Part shown: in pieces, positions 1-9,269 of the stretch | Numbering within the stretch: position 1 is the stretch's first letter | Layout: each line of letters opens with the position of its first letter | Assembly: GCA_977020255.1 (NCBI GenBank) | Contig: CDROCS010005164.1 | Span: 1-64,000 of the forward strand | Reading direction: 5' to 3' | From: Obrimoposthia wandeli | Lineage: Eukaryota | DNA length: 64,000 nt | The notes under the pieces: generated by a model | The model's database searches: none | What the model saw: the letters and a program-made list of their open reading frames with translations, nothing else | Told to the model about the DNA's origin: nothing | Made by a program: the position numbers and the translations under genes

Positions 1-956
1 TAAATGTGCATTGGTGCAACTTCGTGTTTTGAACCTAAAGCAACAGAGACACGCTCATGAATGTCTTGTGGTTCTACATCCATAATGTCGCTATAGCAGT
101 TTGTGGCAAGTCCACCTGCTTGTTCTATTAACATGCTCATCGGGTTGCCTTCGTACATCAAGCGCAATTTACCCGGCTTTTGAGGTACACGTGTATCCCA
201 TGGGTAAATGAAGATGCCACCGCGAGTTAATATGCGATGTATTTCAGCGACCATTGCTGCAACCCAACGCATGTTGAAATTCTTCTTACGAGGACCGTCA
301 ACACCTTGTAATACATCATCAATGTATGAGCGCATTGCAGGCTCCCAATGACGATAATTTGACATGTTGATAGCAAATTCTTGTGTCTCTTGCGGAATCA
401 TTACTTTTTCACGCGTTAGTAAGAAATCACCCGTCTCGGATAAGGTAAACATATTAACCCCATTACCCGTCGTCAATACGAGTAATGCAGAAGGACCATA
501 CAGAACATAACCGGCTGCTAATTGCTTGCGTCCAGATTGCATGTAAGGTGCTTCATCATGATAACCTTCAGCAGGAGTAGCCTCTAAAATAGAGAATATA
601 GTGCCGACTGTTACATTGATGTCGATATTTGATGAACCATCTAAAGGATCAAATACTACTAAATACTTACCTTCAGGGTTCGCTAGTACGGGTTCGCTTT
701 CTTCTTCAGAAGCGAGGCCTGCAACAGTGATGTGACCTTGTAAATATTTTTTGATAATCTCATTGGATATAACATCTAACTTTTTCTGCGTCTCACCTTG
801 TACATTGATATCGGTGGTTGTCCCTAATATCCCTGAAATAGCTCCTTGACGTAGCTTTAACGTGATTTCTTTGCAAGCGACCATTAAAGTTGCAATTAAA
901 TCGGTTAGTTCTTCGTTTATTTCTTCGCGGCGCAAAAACTGGCTGAGCAGTTGCAT
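1..956 (-). CDS. fbp: Fructose-1,6-bisphosphatase class 1 (3' end runs off the window)
   Basis: Manual translation from ATG at 956: MQLLSQFLRREE...NVQGETQKKLDVISN...AGLASEEE...FDPLDGSSNIDINVTVGTIFSI...GKLRLMYEGNPM. Missing from the ORF track because it has no stop inside the window. Confidence 0.95.
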   Translation of the reverse strand, partial: MQLLSQFLRREEINEELTDLIATLMVACKEITLKLRQGAISGILGTTTDINVQGETQKKLDVISNEIIKKYLQGHITVAGLASEEESEPVLANPEGKYLVVFDPLDGSSNIDINVTVGTIFSILEATPAEGYHDEAPYMQSGRKQLAAGYVLYGPSALLVLTTGNGVNMFTLSETGDFLLTREKVMIPQETQEFAINMSNYRHWEPAMRSYIDDVLQGVDGPRKKNFNMRWVAAMVAEIHRILTRGGIFIYPWDTRVPQKPGKLRLMYEGNPMSMLIEQAGGLATNCYSDIMDVEPQDIHERVSVALGSKHEVAPMHI

Positions 957-1239
957 GTTAAATTTACCTTTGAGTTTGAGTTATTCGTCGGGCGCATTTT
1001 ACGTTAATCGCTGATAAAAAACACAAATCACGCTAAAAAAAACAGATTAATCTTATTTTTTTGACAAATCATTCTAACTTAGATAATCGAGTCATATAAT
1101 TTGTTGTATCATAGCGCATTTATTTTTCAATGTGTTTTAGACTTAAGGCTTAAGACTTAAGTTAAATGTAAGATTATAGTAGTCACATATACATCATTTT
1201 AAAGATGCTAACTCGTTCAATTTACAAAGGATATACACT

Positions 1240-2679
1240 GTGCATATTCACATTCTTGGTATTTGTGGAACCTTCATGGGGTCAATGGCGATACTTGCTC
1301 GCGAATTAGGGCATACCGTGACAGGGTCTGATCTAAATGTTTACCCGCCAATGAGCACTCAGTTGCAAGAACAAGGCATTGAGCTGATGCAAGGCTATAA
1401 AGCTGAGCATTTAAAAGCTACTGACGATCGCAGCGCACCTGATTTAATCGTCATAGGTAATGCACTGAGTCGTGGCAATGAAGCAGTTGAGTATGTTTTA
1501 GACCAAGGGTTAGCTTACACATCAGGTGCTCAGTGGCTTAAAGAAAATGTATTAAAAGACCGTTGGGTGCTGGCTGTCGCGGGTACGCACGGCAAAACGA
1601 CCACCGCTTCAATGTTAGCCTGGATACTAGAGCACGCCAATATGGCACCGGGCTATTTAATTGGTGGCGTACCTGCGGATTTTTCAGTATCAGCACGTTT
1701 AGGTGACACGCCATTTTTTGTGATTGAAGCTGATGAATATGACACAGCATTCTTTGACAAACGCTCTAAGTTTGTACATTACATGCCACGCACCGCCATT
1801 ATTAATAATATCGAGTTTGATCATGCGGATATATTTGATGACATCAGTGATATTCAGCGCCAATTTCACCACCTATTAAGAGTGGTTCCAAGTTCTGGCC
1901 AAGTCATTTTCAATGCGGATCAGCAAAATGTAGCGCAAGTGCTTGATATGGGTTGTTGGAGTGAAAGAGTCAGTGCTGGTGATATCACCGAAACCCTGCC
2001 TTTATCCAATGATGTAAATCCTGCCAAGAGTGCTAAACAAGATTGGGATTTTGAATTACTTAGCGCTGATGGCTCTCATTTTTCATTGCTGCTTAATGGC
2101 GAAGCAATGGGTGAAGTGAAATGGACGTTAACCGGCAAACATAATGTCTTTAATGGCATGATGGCGGTTATCGGTGCGCGCCATGCCGGTGTTGAAGTCA
2201 AACAAGCGATGCAAGCTCTCACCTTATTTCAAGGTGTTAAGCGACGCATGGAACTGTTGGCAGAAGTAAATGGGGTAAAAGTGTACGATGATTTTGCTCA
2301 TCACCCCACGGCTATATCAACCACCTTAGATGGCTTACGTAAAAGCGTAGGTAAAGATCGTATCATTGCGGTGATAGAGCCAAGATCAAATACTATGCGA
2401 TTGGGGTGCCATACGCAAAAGCTAGCAGCGTGTGTTGAAAATGCTGATTCAGTGATTTGGTATCAACCTAAAGGGTTAGATTGGCAGTTAGATACGCTGT
2501 TTTCAGGGCAAAAATCAAACAGTGTGGAGCAGAGCATCGAAGGTATTATTGATACGGTGATTAGCGCCACTAGAAAAGCACAAAAAGAGCATTGCAAAAC
2601 CCACGTTGTTATCATGAGCAATGGTGGTTTTGAGGGCGTTCATCAACGCTTACTCACACAATTGGCCGATGAAGGCTAA
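1240..2679 (+). CDS. mpl: UDP-N-acetylmuramate:L-alanyl-gamma-D-glutamyl-meso-diaminopimelate ligase
   Basis: N-terminus MHIHILGICGTFMG, P-loop GTHGKTTT, EADEYDTAFFDKRSKF and DDFAHHPTAI motifs. Confidence 0.95.
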   Translation: MHIHILGICGTFMGSMAILARELGHTVTGSDLNVYPPMSTQLQEQGIELMQGYKAEHLKATDDRSAPDLIVIGNALSRGNEAVEYVLDQGLAYTSGAQWLKENVLKDRWVLAVAGTHGKTTTASMLAWILEHANMAPGYLIGGVPADFSVSARLGDTPFFVIEADEYDTAFFDKRSKFVHYMPRTAIINNIEFDHADIFDDISDIQRQFHHLLRVVPSSGQVIFNADQQNVAQVLDMGCWSERVSAGDITETLPLSNDVNPAKSAKQDWDFELLSADGSHFSLLLNGEAMGEVKWTLTGKHNVFNGMMAVIGARHAGVEVKQAMQALTLFQGVKRRMELLAEVNGVKVYDDFAHHPTAISTTLDGLRKSVGKDRIIAVIEPRSNTMRLGCHTQKLAACVENADSVIWYQPKGLDWQLDTLFSGQKSNSVEQSIEGIIDTVISATRKAQKEHCKTHVVIMSNGGFEGVHQRLLTQLADEG

Positions 2680-2711
2680 ATTATGCACAAAGGTAAAAGG
2701 TAGCGATATAA

Positions 2712-3359
2712 ATGAGTGATTTTAAAGGCTGTATTACCTTAGCAATTACAGGTGCATCAGGTGTGCAGTACGCCATACGCTTGCTAGAAGTACTGGTGAA
2801 AAAAGAGTTACAAGTATTAGTGATGGTGTCAAAGGCGGCTCAAGTAGTCGCGGCCACTGAAACCACGTTAAAGTTGCCAAGTAGCGCGAGTGCGCAGCAA
2901 GCTTATTTAACGCAGTTATTACAAGCAGCACCTAATCAAATAAAAGTATTTGCCAAAGAGCAGTGGATGGCGCCTGTTGCTTCTGGCTCAGGATCGCCTA
3001 ACACCATGGTGGTTTGCCCTTGTAGTACCGGTTGTTTATCAGCTATTGCCACCGGTGCCAGTAATAACCTCATAGAAAGAGCGGCAGATGTCGTACTAAA
3101 AGAGCGCAAGAAGCTTATTTTAGTGCCGCGTGAAGCACCGTATTCGCAAATACATTTAGAGAATATGTTAAAGCTGACTCAAATGGGTGCTGTCATTCTA
3201 CCGGCGAGCCCAGGGTTTTATCATAACCCGCAAACAATTGACGACTTAATCGATTTTGTCGTTGCCCGTATTTTATCGCAAATAGGTTTAGAGCAAGATT
3301 TGCTTAAAATCTGGGGCAGCGAATATTTACAAACACCAGAAGGTAACGATAATGGCTAA
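2712..3359 (+). CDS. ubiX: Flavin prenyltransferase UbiX
   Basis: ITGASG, APVASGS, PCSTGCLSAIATGASNNLIERAADVVLKE, PREAP and PASPGFYH motifs. Confidence 0.93.
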   Translation: MSDFKGCITLAITGASGVQYAIRLLEVLVKKELQVLVMVSKAAQVVAATETTLKLPSSASAQQAYLTQLLQAAPNQIKVFAKEQWMAPVASGSGSPNTMVVCPCSTGCLSAIATGASNNLIERAADVVLKERKKLILVPREAPYSQIHLENMLKLTQMGAVILPASPGFYHNPQTIDDLIDFVVARILSQIGLEQDLLKIWGSEYLQTPEGNDNG

Positions 3360-4065
3360 CATTTTGGCCTTAGATACATCAACGGACGCATGCTCAGTTG
3401 CACTTGAAGTAAACGGCGAGCGCACAGAGATTTTCAAAGTAATACCCCGTAAACATACCCATGAGTTACTCCCAATGGTTGAGCAGATATTGGCGCAAGC
3501 TCAGTTAAAGGTAAATCAGTTAGATGCCATCGCCTTTGGCAGAGGCCCCGGCTCTTTTGCTGGTATTCGCATAGCCACAGGCGTTGCCCAAGGGTTTGCT
3601 TTCGCTGCTGATTTAGCTGTAGTGCCGGTTTCTACATTGGCTACACTTGCGCAAGGGTATTATCGCCAGCATGGCAGCCCTGAGCAATTAGAAGCGCAAC
3701 AACTCATCATTACAGCACTCGATGCGCGTATGGATGAAGTGTATTGGGGCGGCTATAAAATAGTAGATAACATAGTACAACGGGTGATAGATGAAAGTGT
3801 TTGTGCACCCGCGAAAATGCAAATCAACATCGACAATGGACAGTCTTGTGTTGGAGTGGGTAGTGGTTTTAATTATCAAGAACAGATGCCGACTTCGTTT
3901 ACGCAAATTTTGGCCAGTGTTAATAATGAAACACATCCGCATTCTCAAGACATACTCGCTATCGCAAGTGTTGAGTTTGCATTAGGAAATACAGTGCGCG
4001 CAGAAGATGCTCAGCCTGTGTATTTACGCAACCAAGTAGCATGGAAGAAAAAGGATCAGCAATAA
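3352..4065 (+). CDS. tsaB: tRNA t6A biosynthesis protein TsaB
   Basis: ILALDTST, GRGPGSFAGIRIA and DARMDEVY motifs, C-terminal PVYLRN. Confidence 0.93.
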   Translation: MANILALDTSTDACSVALEVNGERTEIFKVIPRKHTHELLPMVEQILAQAQLKVNQLDAIAFGRGPGSFAGIRIATGVAQGFAFAADLAVVPVSTLATLAQGYYRQHGSPEQLEAQQLIITALDARMDEVYWGGYKIVDNIVQRVIDESVCAPAKMQINIDNGQSCVGVGSGFNYQEQMPTSFTQILASVNNETHPHSQDILAIASVEFALGNTVRAEDAQPVYLRNQVAWKKKDQQ

Positions 4066-4872
4066 ATGGAATGGTTACACGTTTTTGTCTTGGCCATAAT
4101 ACAAGGTCTCACTGAGTTTTTACCCGTATCAAGTTCAGCACATTTAATACTACCTTCACAAATTTTAGGCTGGCCTGATCAAGGGCTGGCGTTTGATGTT
4201 GGGGTGCATGTAGGCACACTGGCCGCGGTATTGGTTTATTTTCGCAAAGATGTATTAGTGATGTTAACCGCTTTTTTCAAAAGCTTAACGGGTCAGCAAA
4301 GTGTTGATGGGCGTATTGCGTGGTTTATTATTGCTGCGACGATACCTGCCTTAGCTGCCGGTTTATTATTAAATGACATTATCGATCAATATGGCAGAAC
4401 CACATTGGTCATTGCAGGAGCTACATTAATTTTTGGTGCCTTGCTGTGGTTTGCTGATACGCGTGAAAATGCACAAAAAAAGATTGAAGACATAGGTATA
4501 AAAGAAGCGATAATTATTGGCTTCTCTCAGGCTATTGCATTAATACCAGGTACTTCTCGCTCAGGTATTACGATGACCGCGGCGTTAATGCTCGGTTTTA
4601 GCCGCCAAGCAGCTGCCCGTTTTTCATTTTTATTGTCTATTCCTATTATATTAGCCGCAGGCTCATACAAAGGGTTAGAAATGATCAGCTCTGATGTGTT
4701 GGTACGCTGGGATATGGTCTTCACCGGTATCGTGGTTTCTGCTTTGGTGGCGATTGCGTGTATTCATTACTTTTTAATCGCTTTAGAGAAAGTCGGCATG
4801 CTCCCTTTTGTGATTTACCGTTTTGTTTTAGGTTTTGGCTTACTGGCAATGTATTTCACGACAGGCGCTTAA
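4066..4872 (+). CDS. uppP: Undecaprenyl-diphosphate phosphatase
   Basis: QGLTEFLPVSSSAH and PGTSRSGIT motifs; multi-pass membrane protein. Confidence 0.95.
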   Translation: MEWLHVFVLAIIQGLTEFLPVSSSAHLILPSQILGWPDQGLAFDVGVHVGTLAAVLVYFRKDVLVMLTAFFKSLTGQQSVDGRIAWFIIAATIPALAAGLLLNDIIDQYGRTTLVIAGATLIFGALLWFADTRENAQKKIEDIGIKEAIIIGFSQAIALIPGTSRSGITMTAALMLGFSRQAAARFSFLLSIPIILAAGSYKGLEMISSDVLVRWDMVFTGIVVSALVAIACIHYFLIALEKVGMLPFVIYRFVLGFGLLAMYFTTGA

Positions 4873-4881
4873 GTAAAAGCA

Positions 4882-4951
4882 TTTAATAGAGATGAATTAG
4901 GCACGGCCTAAATCATCAGAGGATTAATGCCCCGCAGCTTACAGCGGGGTA
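4882..4951. repeat. Dispersed hairpin motif, copy 1, followed by a second GC-rich hairpin
   Basis: TTTAATAGAGATGAATTAGGC-acg-GCCTAAATCATCA (4882-4918) matches 9108-9143 except for the loop. It is followed by TGCCCCGC-N8-GCGGGGTA (4928-4951). Confidence 0.85.
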
Positions 4952-4996
4952 GTTGATTGAAGTAAACTGTTGAATTAACAATATAAGATATTAAAC

Positions 4997-5794
4997 ATGA
5001 CTGAATCAGCTATCCAAGTCGGTGCAACGCACATGGCGTATCAAAACCAAGCGCAGTTATTAGCCCAAAGTTTGCAGTTAGAATATGTAAAAGTGGTGAG
5101 TGACATTAAGCGCTGCCCATACCAAACACTCTTGTTAGTAACTGATCAAGGGGTGCAGTTACAACAGTGCGGTAAAAAAGCACCCGGCCCTATATGGGTT
5201 GATTTTGTGACAGGTAGTGTGGCCCATAGGCGAATATTTGGTGGCGGCTCAGGGCAGATGATTGCGAAAGCAGTGGGCATTAAAAGCGGTGTGCGCCCCG
5301 ACATATTAGATGTGACAGCAGGGCTGGGTAAAGATGCTTTTGTACTGGCTACGTTAGGCTGCAAAGTACAAATGATCGAGCGCTCACCTATCGTACATTG
5401 CCTATTAGCTGACGGTTTATTACGTGCAGAGATTAATTACGATGTGATGGATATCATCGCCAATTTGAAATTATTAAATACAGATGGCATCACTTACATG
5501 CGTGAATGCGCACAAAAGCCACAAGTTATCTATGTTGACCCAATGTTTCCTCACAGCACAAAAAGTGCAGGTGTGAAAAAAGAGATGTTAATATTTAGAG
5601 ACATAGTGGGAGATGATGCCGATGCAGGTGAACTCCTCGCTTGTGCACTTGAAACAGCCAGCGCGCGAGTTGTGGTAAAAAGGCCGCGTAAAGCACCTAT
5701 TATAGATGTCGCTAACAGTGATATTAAGCCCAGCTATGTACTTGAAGGTAAATCAAGTCGTTATGATATTTATGCGCTAAAGAAGGTTGTTTAG
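4997..5794 (+). CDS. rsmJ: 16S rRNA m2G1516 methyltransferase RsmJ-like
   Basis: [41 protein letters not shown] and [11 protein letters not shown] motifs. Confidence 0.9.
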   Translation: MTESAIQVGATHMAYQNQAQLLAQSLQLEYVKVVSDIKRCPYQTLLLVTDQGVQLQQCGKKAPGPIWVDFVTGSVAHRRIFGGGSGQMIAKAVGIKSGVRPDILDVTAGLGKDAFVLATLGCKVQMIERSPIVHCLLADGLLRAEINYDVMDIIANLKLLNTDGITYMRECAQKPQVIYVDPMFPHSTKSAGVKKEMLIFRDIVGDDADAGELLACALETASARVVVKRPRKAPIIDVANSDIKPSYVLEGKSSRYDIYALKKVV

Positions 5795-6591
5795 TTATCA
5801 CTTATAGTCTTTAAATGTGCTGATTTTATGCGCAAAAAAGTGCCGTCTTTTTGAATCATTGCTAAGCCTTTATTGAAATCTTGCATGATTGATTTTGAGT
5901 CACGTAGTTTCTTTGACAGTGTAATATAAACATTATTAGTTTTTAAACTGGGGTTATACACGGTTAAAGCGGCTGTTTTTGGTGCATGTTTCTCAACTAA
6001 AAAATTCAGATGCTCTTTACCTGTCACCATAAAATCAATGCGCCCAGAGAGTAGCTTTCTTAAATTTTGGGCGCCACTGTTGCTGTAAGAAAAATTTAAA
6101 CCAGTGGCATGGTCTAGTTCAGTGGAATTGACAGCACCGCGCATTACACCAATCTTGTAAGGGGCTAAATCAGCAAGCGAGTTGTAGCTTAATTCATTTT
6201 CGGCTAATGCCACTAATACCGTATCCTCTTTACCTAGGACATTAGAATAATAATAAAATTGAGCTCGTGTTTCTGTGTGATAAGCACCTAGCAAACCGTC
6301 ATATAGGCCTCTGCTAGCGCCTTTGACCGCGCGTTTCCAAGGCATGAATTTAACCTCTAGATTATAACCCATCGCTTTAAATGCCGCTTTACATACCGCT
6401 ATCATAAAACCACCATGCTCAAGCTCTGGTCCATAAAATGGCTGCCATTGATCGGTTGCCAGCGTAATTTTTTTTCTAGGATAAAGATCATCAGCAAAGC
6501 TACTGACAGGCATGCACAAAGTGATAACGAGCGCAGTGCATAAAAGAGAGCGCGCATAAAAGCGATAAAGTGAAGTAAACGTATACTGCAT
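5791..6591 (-). CDS. Solute-binding protein family 3 (amino-acid ABC type), stand-alone
   Basis: [10 protein letters not shown]...MPWKRAV...G.YDGL signature. Start moved from the track's 6765 to ATG 6591, which has an AAAGG SD and a following signal-peptide-like segment. Confidence 0.75.
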   Translation of the reverse strand: MQYTFTSLYRFYARSLLCTALVITLCMPVSSFADDLYPRKKITLATDQWQPFYGPELEHGGFMIAVCKAAFKAMGYNLEVKFMPWKRAVKGASRGLYDGLLGAYHTETRAQFYYYSNVLGKEDTVLVALAENELSYNSLADLAPYKIGVMRGAVNSTELDHATGLNFSYSNSGAQNLRKLLSGRIDFMVTGKEHLNFLVEKHAPKTAALTVYNPSLKTNNVYITLSKKLRDSKSIMQDFNKGLAMIQKDGTFLRIKSAHLKTISDN

Positions 6592-6764
6592 ATAAACATC
6601 AACCTTTGTTGATAGCATTCCATCCATTGGATTTACGACCGACTTGGAACTAATATTGATTAAGCTATGGTCAATGCTGTTGTTCAATATACCTTGAAAT
6701 ATGGATTTAAAACAAGTGATCAACAGTGAACAGTAATTGAGATGGGGCCTATAAGCATAAGTCA

Positions 6765-7223
6765 CTAGATAATGTGATCAAGTGGCAGCTGCGTTTGGTA
6801 CTTTAGCTCCTCCATAACAAAGCTTGAACTGACATCAAAAATATCGGCTTTAATAAGCTGTTTATATAATTGGTCAAAATCAGACATATCAGAAACCACT
6901 GCTTTTAACAGGTAATCTAAATCACCACTCATTCTGTACACTTCTAAAATTTGCGGCAAGTTTTTGATTACATCACGAAATTGCCCTACCCATTCATCAT
7001 TGTGTCGGTTGGTACGAATTGAAATGAATACACTTAACGATAAATTGACACTGGCAGGTGTGAGCAGTGCCACACGATCACGAATAACATTACTTTGCAT
7101 TAACTTTTGAATACGACGCCAGCAAGCTGTTTTAGAGACATTTACTTTTTCAGCGACTTGCGCCACTGATAAGGTGTCGTCGTGCTGCATTGAATCTAAA
7201 ATGGCTATATCTATTTTATCCAT
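6765..7223 (-). CDS. Lrp/AsnC family regulator (DecR/YbaO-like)
   Basis: MDKIDIAIL...SKTACWRRIQKL HTH and EVYRMSGDLDYLLK...SSSFVMEELK. Start refined to ATG 7223. Confidence 0.88.
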   Translation of the reverse strand: MDKIDIAILDSMQHDDTLSVAQVAEKVNVSKTACWRRIQKLMQSNVIRDRVALLTPASVNLSLSVFISIRTNRHNDEWVGQFRDVIKNLPQILEVYRMSGDLDYLLKAVVSDMSDFDQLYKQLIKADIFDVSSSFVMEELKYQTQLPLDHII

Positions 7224-7423
7224 GATGTTCTCGCTAATAAAATGCTGTTTTATATTAGTCGTTATCATTATTTTACAATAGATTAACGATCGTTCCGTTA
7301 ATTTAGCATAAAAAGAAACAATGTTCTAAAATTGCTTTGTTTAAGGTCGTAATAGGAAGTAATGTTTCTATTTTTTTTAGTTATACTCTTGCTCATTGAA
7401 ACAGTAAAAATTTGGAGAGCAGC

Positions 7424-9052
7424 ATGACAATAACAATAGAGAAAATCCGAGAAAGCGTTATCGGAGAAGGTATGCTGTTTGATACAGTTTTTGGTAAAAA
7501 ACCGATGGTATATGCAGATTATACTGCATCAGGGCGCGCCTTAAGTTTTGTAGAAGATATGATCAGCAAACAGGTATTGCCTTTTTATGCCAATACTCAT
7601 TCAGAGACATCTTTTACCGGTAAGCAAAGTACACAATTTAGAGAGCAAGCAAGAGCGGCTATTCACAGTGCACTTAATACAGGTGAGCAACACAAAGTAA
7701 TATTCACCGGAGCAGGTGCTACTTCTGCCATCAATAAGTTAATAGATATGCTCAATATACGCTTACCGGCAGAGCTAAATGCAGCGTATAAATTTGAGCA
7801 ACAAATTGATGAGGAGAGCAAGCCTGTTGTTTTTGTTGGCCCTTATGAGCATCACTCAAATGAACTGCCGTGGCGCGAAAGCATTGCCACACTAGTATCA
7901 ATACCTTTTAATAGCGAAGGCATGATTGATACGCAGTATCTTGAACAGCAATTACAGCACTACAAAGCTAGGCCTTTATTGATCGGCAGTTTTTCAGCAG
8001 CCTCTAATGTTACCGGCATCAAAACTGATATCGCTAAAGTGTCATCAGTATTGAAAAAGCATAATGCCATGTCTTGTTGGGATTACGCCGCTGCCGCACC
8101 TTATGTTGGCATTGATATGCAACGTGATCAATTAGATGCAGTGTTTATATCTACTCACAAATTTATTGGTGGGCCAGGTACTCCAGGCTTATTAGTTGTT
8201 GATCAAACCTTTTTAAAGAACTCAGTACCCGCAATTCCAGGTGGCGGCACCGTGATGTTTGTATCACCGCAATCACATACCTTTATTGATAATGTTGAGC
8301 GCAGAGAAGAGGGCGGTACCCCAGGTATTGTAGAGTCTATTCGTGCAGGGTTAGTGTTCAAAATTCAACAGATTATAGGTACTCAAAATATTGAAGAGCT
8401 AGAGCATGGTTACATTCAACGTGCAATAGCACATCTATCAAGTTTGGATAATTTTGAAATACTAGGCAATACTACCGCTGATCGTTTATCAATATTATCA
8501 TTTAACATCAAGCATGAAGACAGCGTGTTGCATTACGGTTTTGTAGTGGCACTACTGAATGATTTGTTTGGTATTCAAGCGCGTGGCGGCTGTTCATGTG
8601 CAGGCCCTTATGGCCATGAACTACTCGCTTTATCACTATTAGAAAGTGAAGCAATAGAAGGCCAGTTACATAAAGGTAATATGGTATTAAGACCTGGCTG
8701 GACGCGATTGAACTTTAACTACTTTATTGATGAAAATACTTTCGTGTATTTACTAGAAGCACTAAGTTTAGTGGCGGAGCACGGCTGGCGTTTATTGCCA
8801 AACTATCAATTTAACAAAGCATTAGGCACGTGGGAATTCATTGCAGGGCGCGATACATCTACCTTGTCACTTGATGATTTATTAAATAAAGAAGCAGTAA
8901 CGATTGAAAGTATCAGTAGTACACAAGTATTAAGTGATTACATAGCGCAGGCAAAACAAACATTGCTGGCAACCCATGCCTCTAACCAGGTCACGCCTTT
9001 AGAACTTAGCCCTGAGGCAGAGGCATTACGCTGGTTTTCATTAGCAAAATAA
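7424..9052 (+). CDS. PLP-dependent class V aminotransferase / cysteine desulfurase-like enzyme
   Basis: YADYTASGR, EHHSNELPW, PLP lysine in STHKFIGGPG, and QARGGCSCAGPY. GGAG SD upstream of ATG 7424. Confidence 0.88.
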   Translation: MTITIEKIRESVIGEGMLFDTVFGKKPMVYADYTASGRALSFVEDMISKQVLPFYANTHSETSFTGKQSTQFREQARAAIHSALNTGEQHKVIFTGAGATSAINKLIDMLNIRLPAELNAAYKFEQQIDEESKPVVFVGPYEHHSNELPWRESIATLVSIPFNSEGMIDTQYLEQQLQHYKARPLLIGSFSAASNVTGIKTDIAKVSSVLKKHNAMSCWDYAAAAPYVGIDMQRDQLDAVFISTHKFIGGPGTPGLLVVDQTFLKNSVPAIPGGGTVMFVSPQSHTFIDNVERREEGGTPGIVESIRAGLVFKIQQIIGTQNIEELEHGYIQRAIAHLSSLDNFEILGNTTADRLSILSFNIKHEDSVLHYGFVVALLNDLFGIQARGGCSCAGPYGHELLALSLLESEAIEGQLHKGNMVLRPGWTRLNFNYFIDENTFVYLLEALSLVAEHGWRLLPNYQFNKALGTWEFIAGRDTSTLSLDDLLNKEAVTIESISSTQVLSDYIAQAKQTLLATHASNQVTPLELSPEAEALRWFSLAK

Positions 9053-9069
9053 ATTCTTGTCAATAAAAT

Positions 9070-9099
9070 AAAACAAGTGTAGCTTCATGCACTTGTTTT
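9070..9099 (+). terminator. Intrinsic terminator after the aminotransferase
   Basis: AAAACAAGTGT-N8-GCACTTGTTTT. Confidence 0.7.
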
Positions 9100-9107
9100 A
9101 TATTAGT

Positions 9108-9170
9108 TTTAATAGAGATGAATTAGGCGAGCCTAAATCATCAAGGGTTCACGCTCTTTGGTGCGTGGAC
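9108..9170. repeat. Dispersed hairpin motif, copy 2, followed by a second hairpin
   Basis: TTTAATAGAGATGAATTAGGC-ga-GCCTAAATCATCA (9108-9143), then GTTCACGC-N8-GCGTGGAC (9147-9170). Confidence 0.85.
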
Positions 9171-9269
9171 ATGTTAGAACCAGTAGCAGCTATAAATACC
9201 CTGCTTCACGTAGTGAAGTCGAGGTTAAGCAAGAGTGCTTATCCCGGGAATTTTTATTTGGAAGATTTA

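Noticed and set aside
6592-6765. N-terminal extension of the SBP ORF abutting the Lrp stop
   Set aside because: It would place about 58 residues before the signal peptide; ATG 6591 has an SD.
9087-9269. 61-aa N-terminal extension of the ModE-like regulator in the ORF track
   Set aside because: It runs through a terminator and a repeated hairpin element, and homology-like sequence begins only at MKRISVEPAW (9270).
9240-9269. Calling the regulator leader a Moco/Tuco, TPP or guanidine riboswitch
   Set aside because: Only short fragments match (CCCG, TATTTGGAA, ATACCC, CCCGGGAA) and the diagnostic cores are missing. Kept only as an unassigned structured leader.
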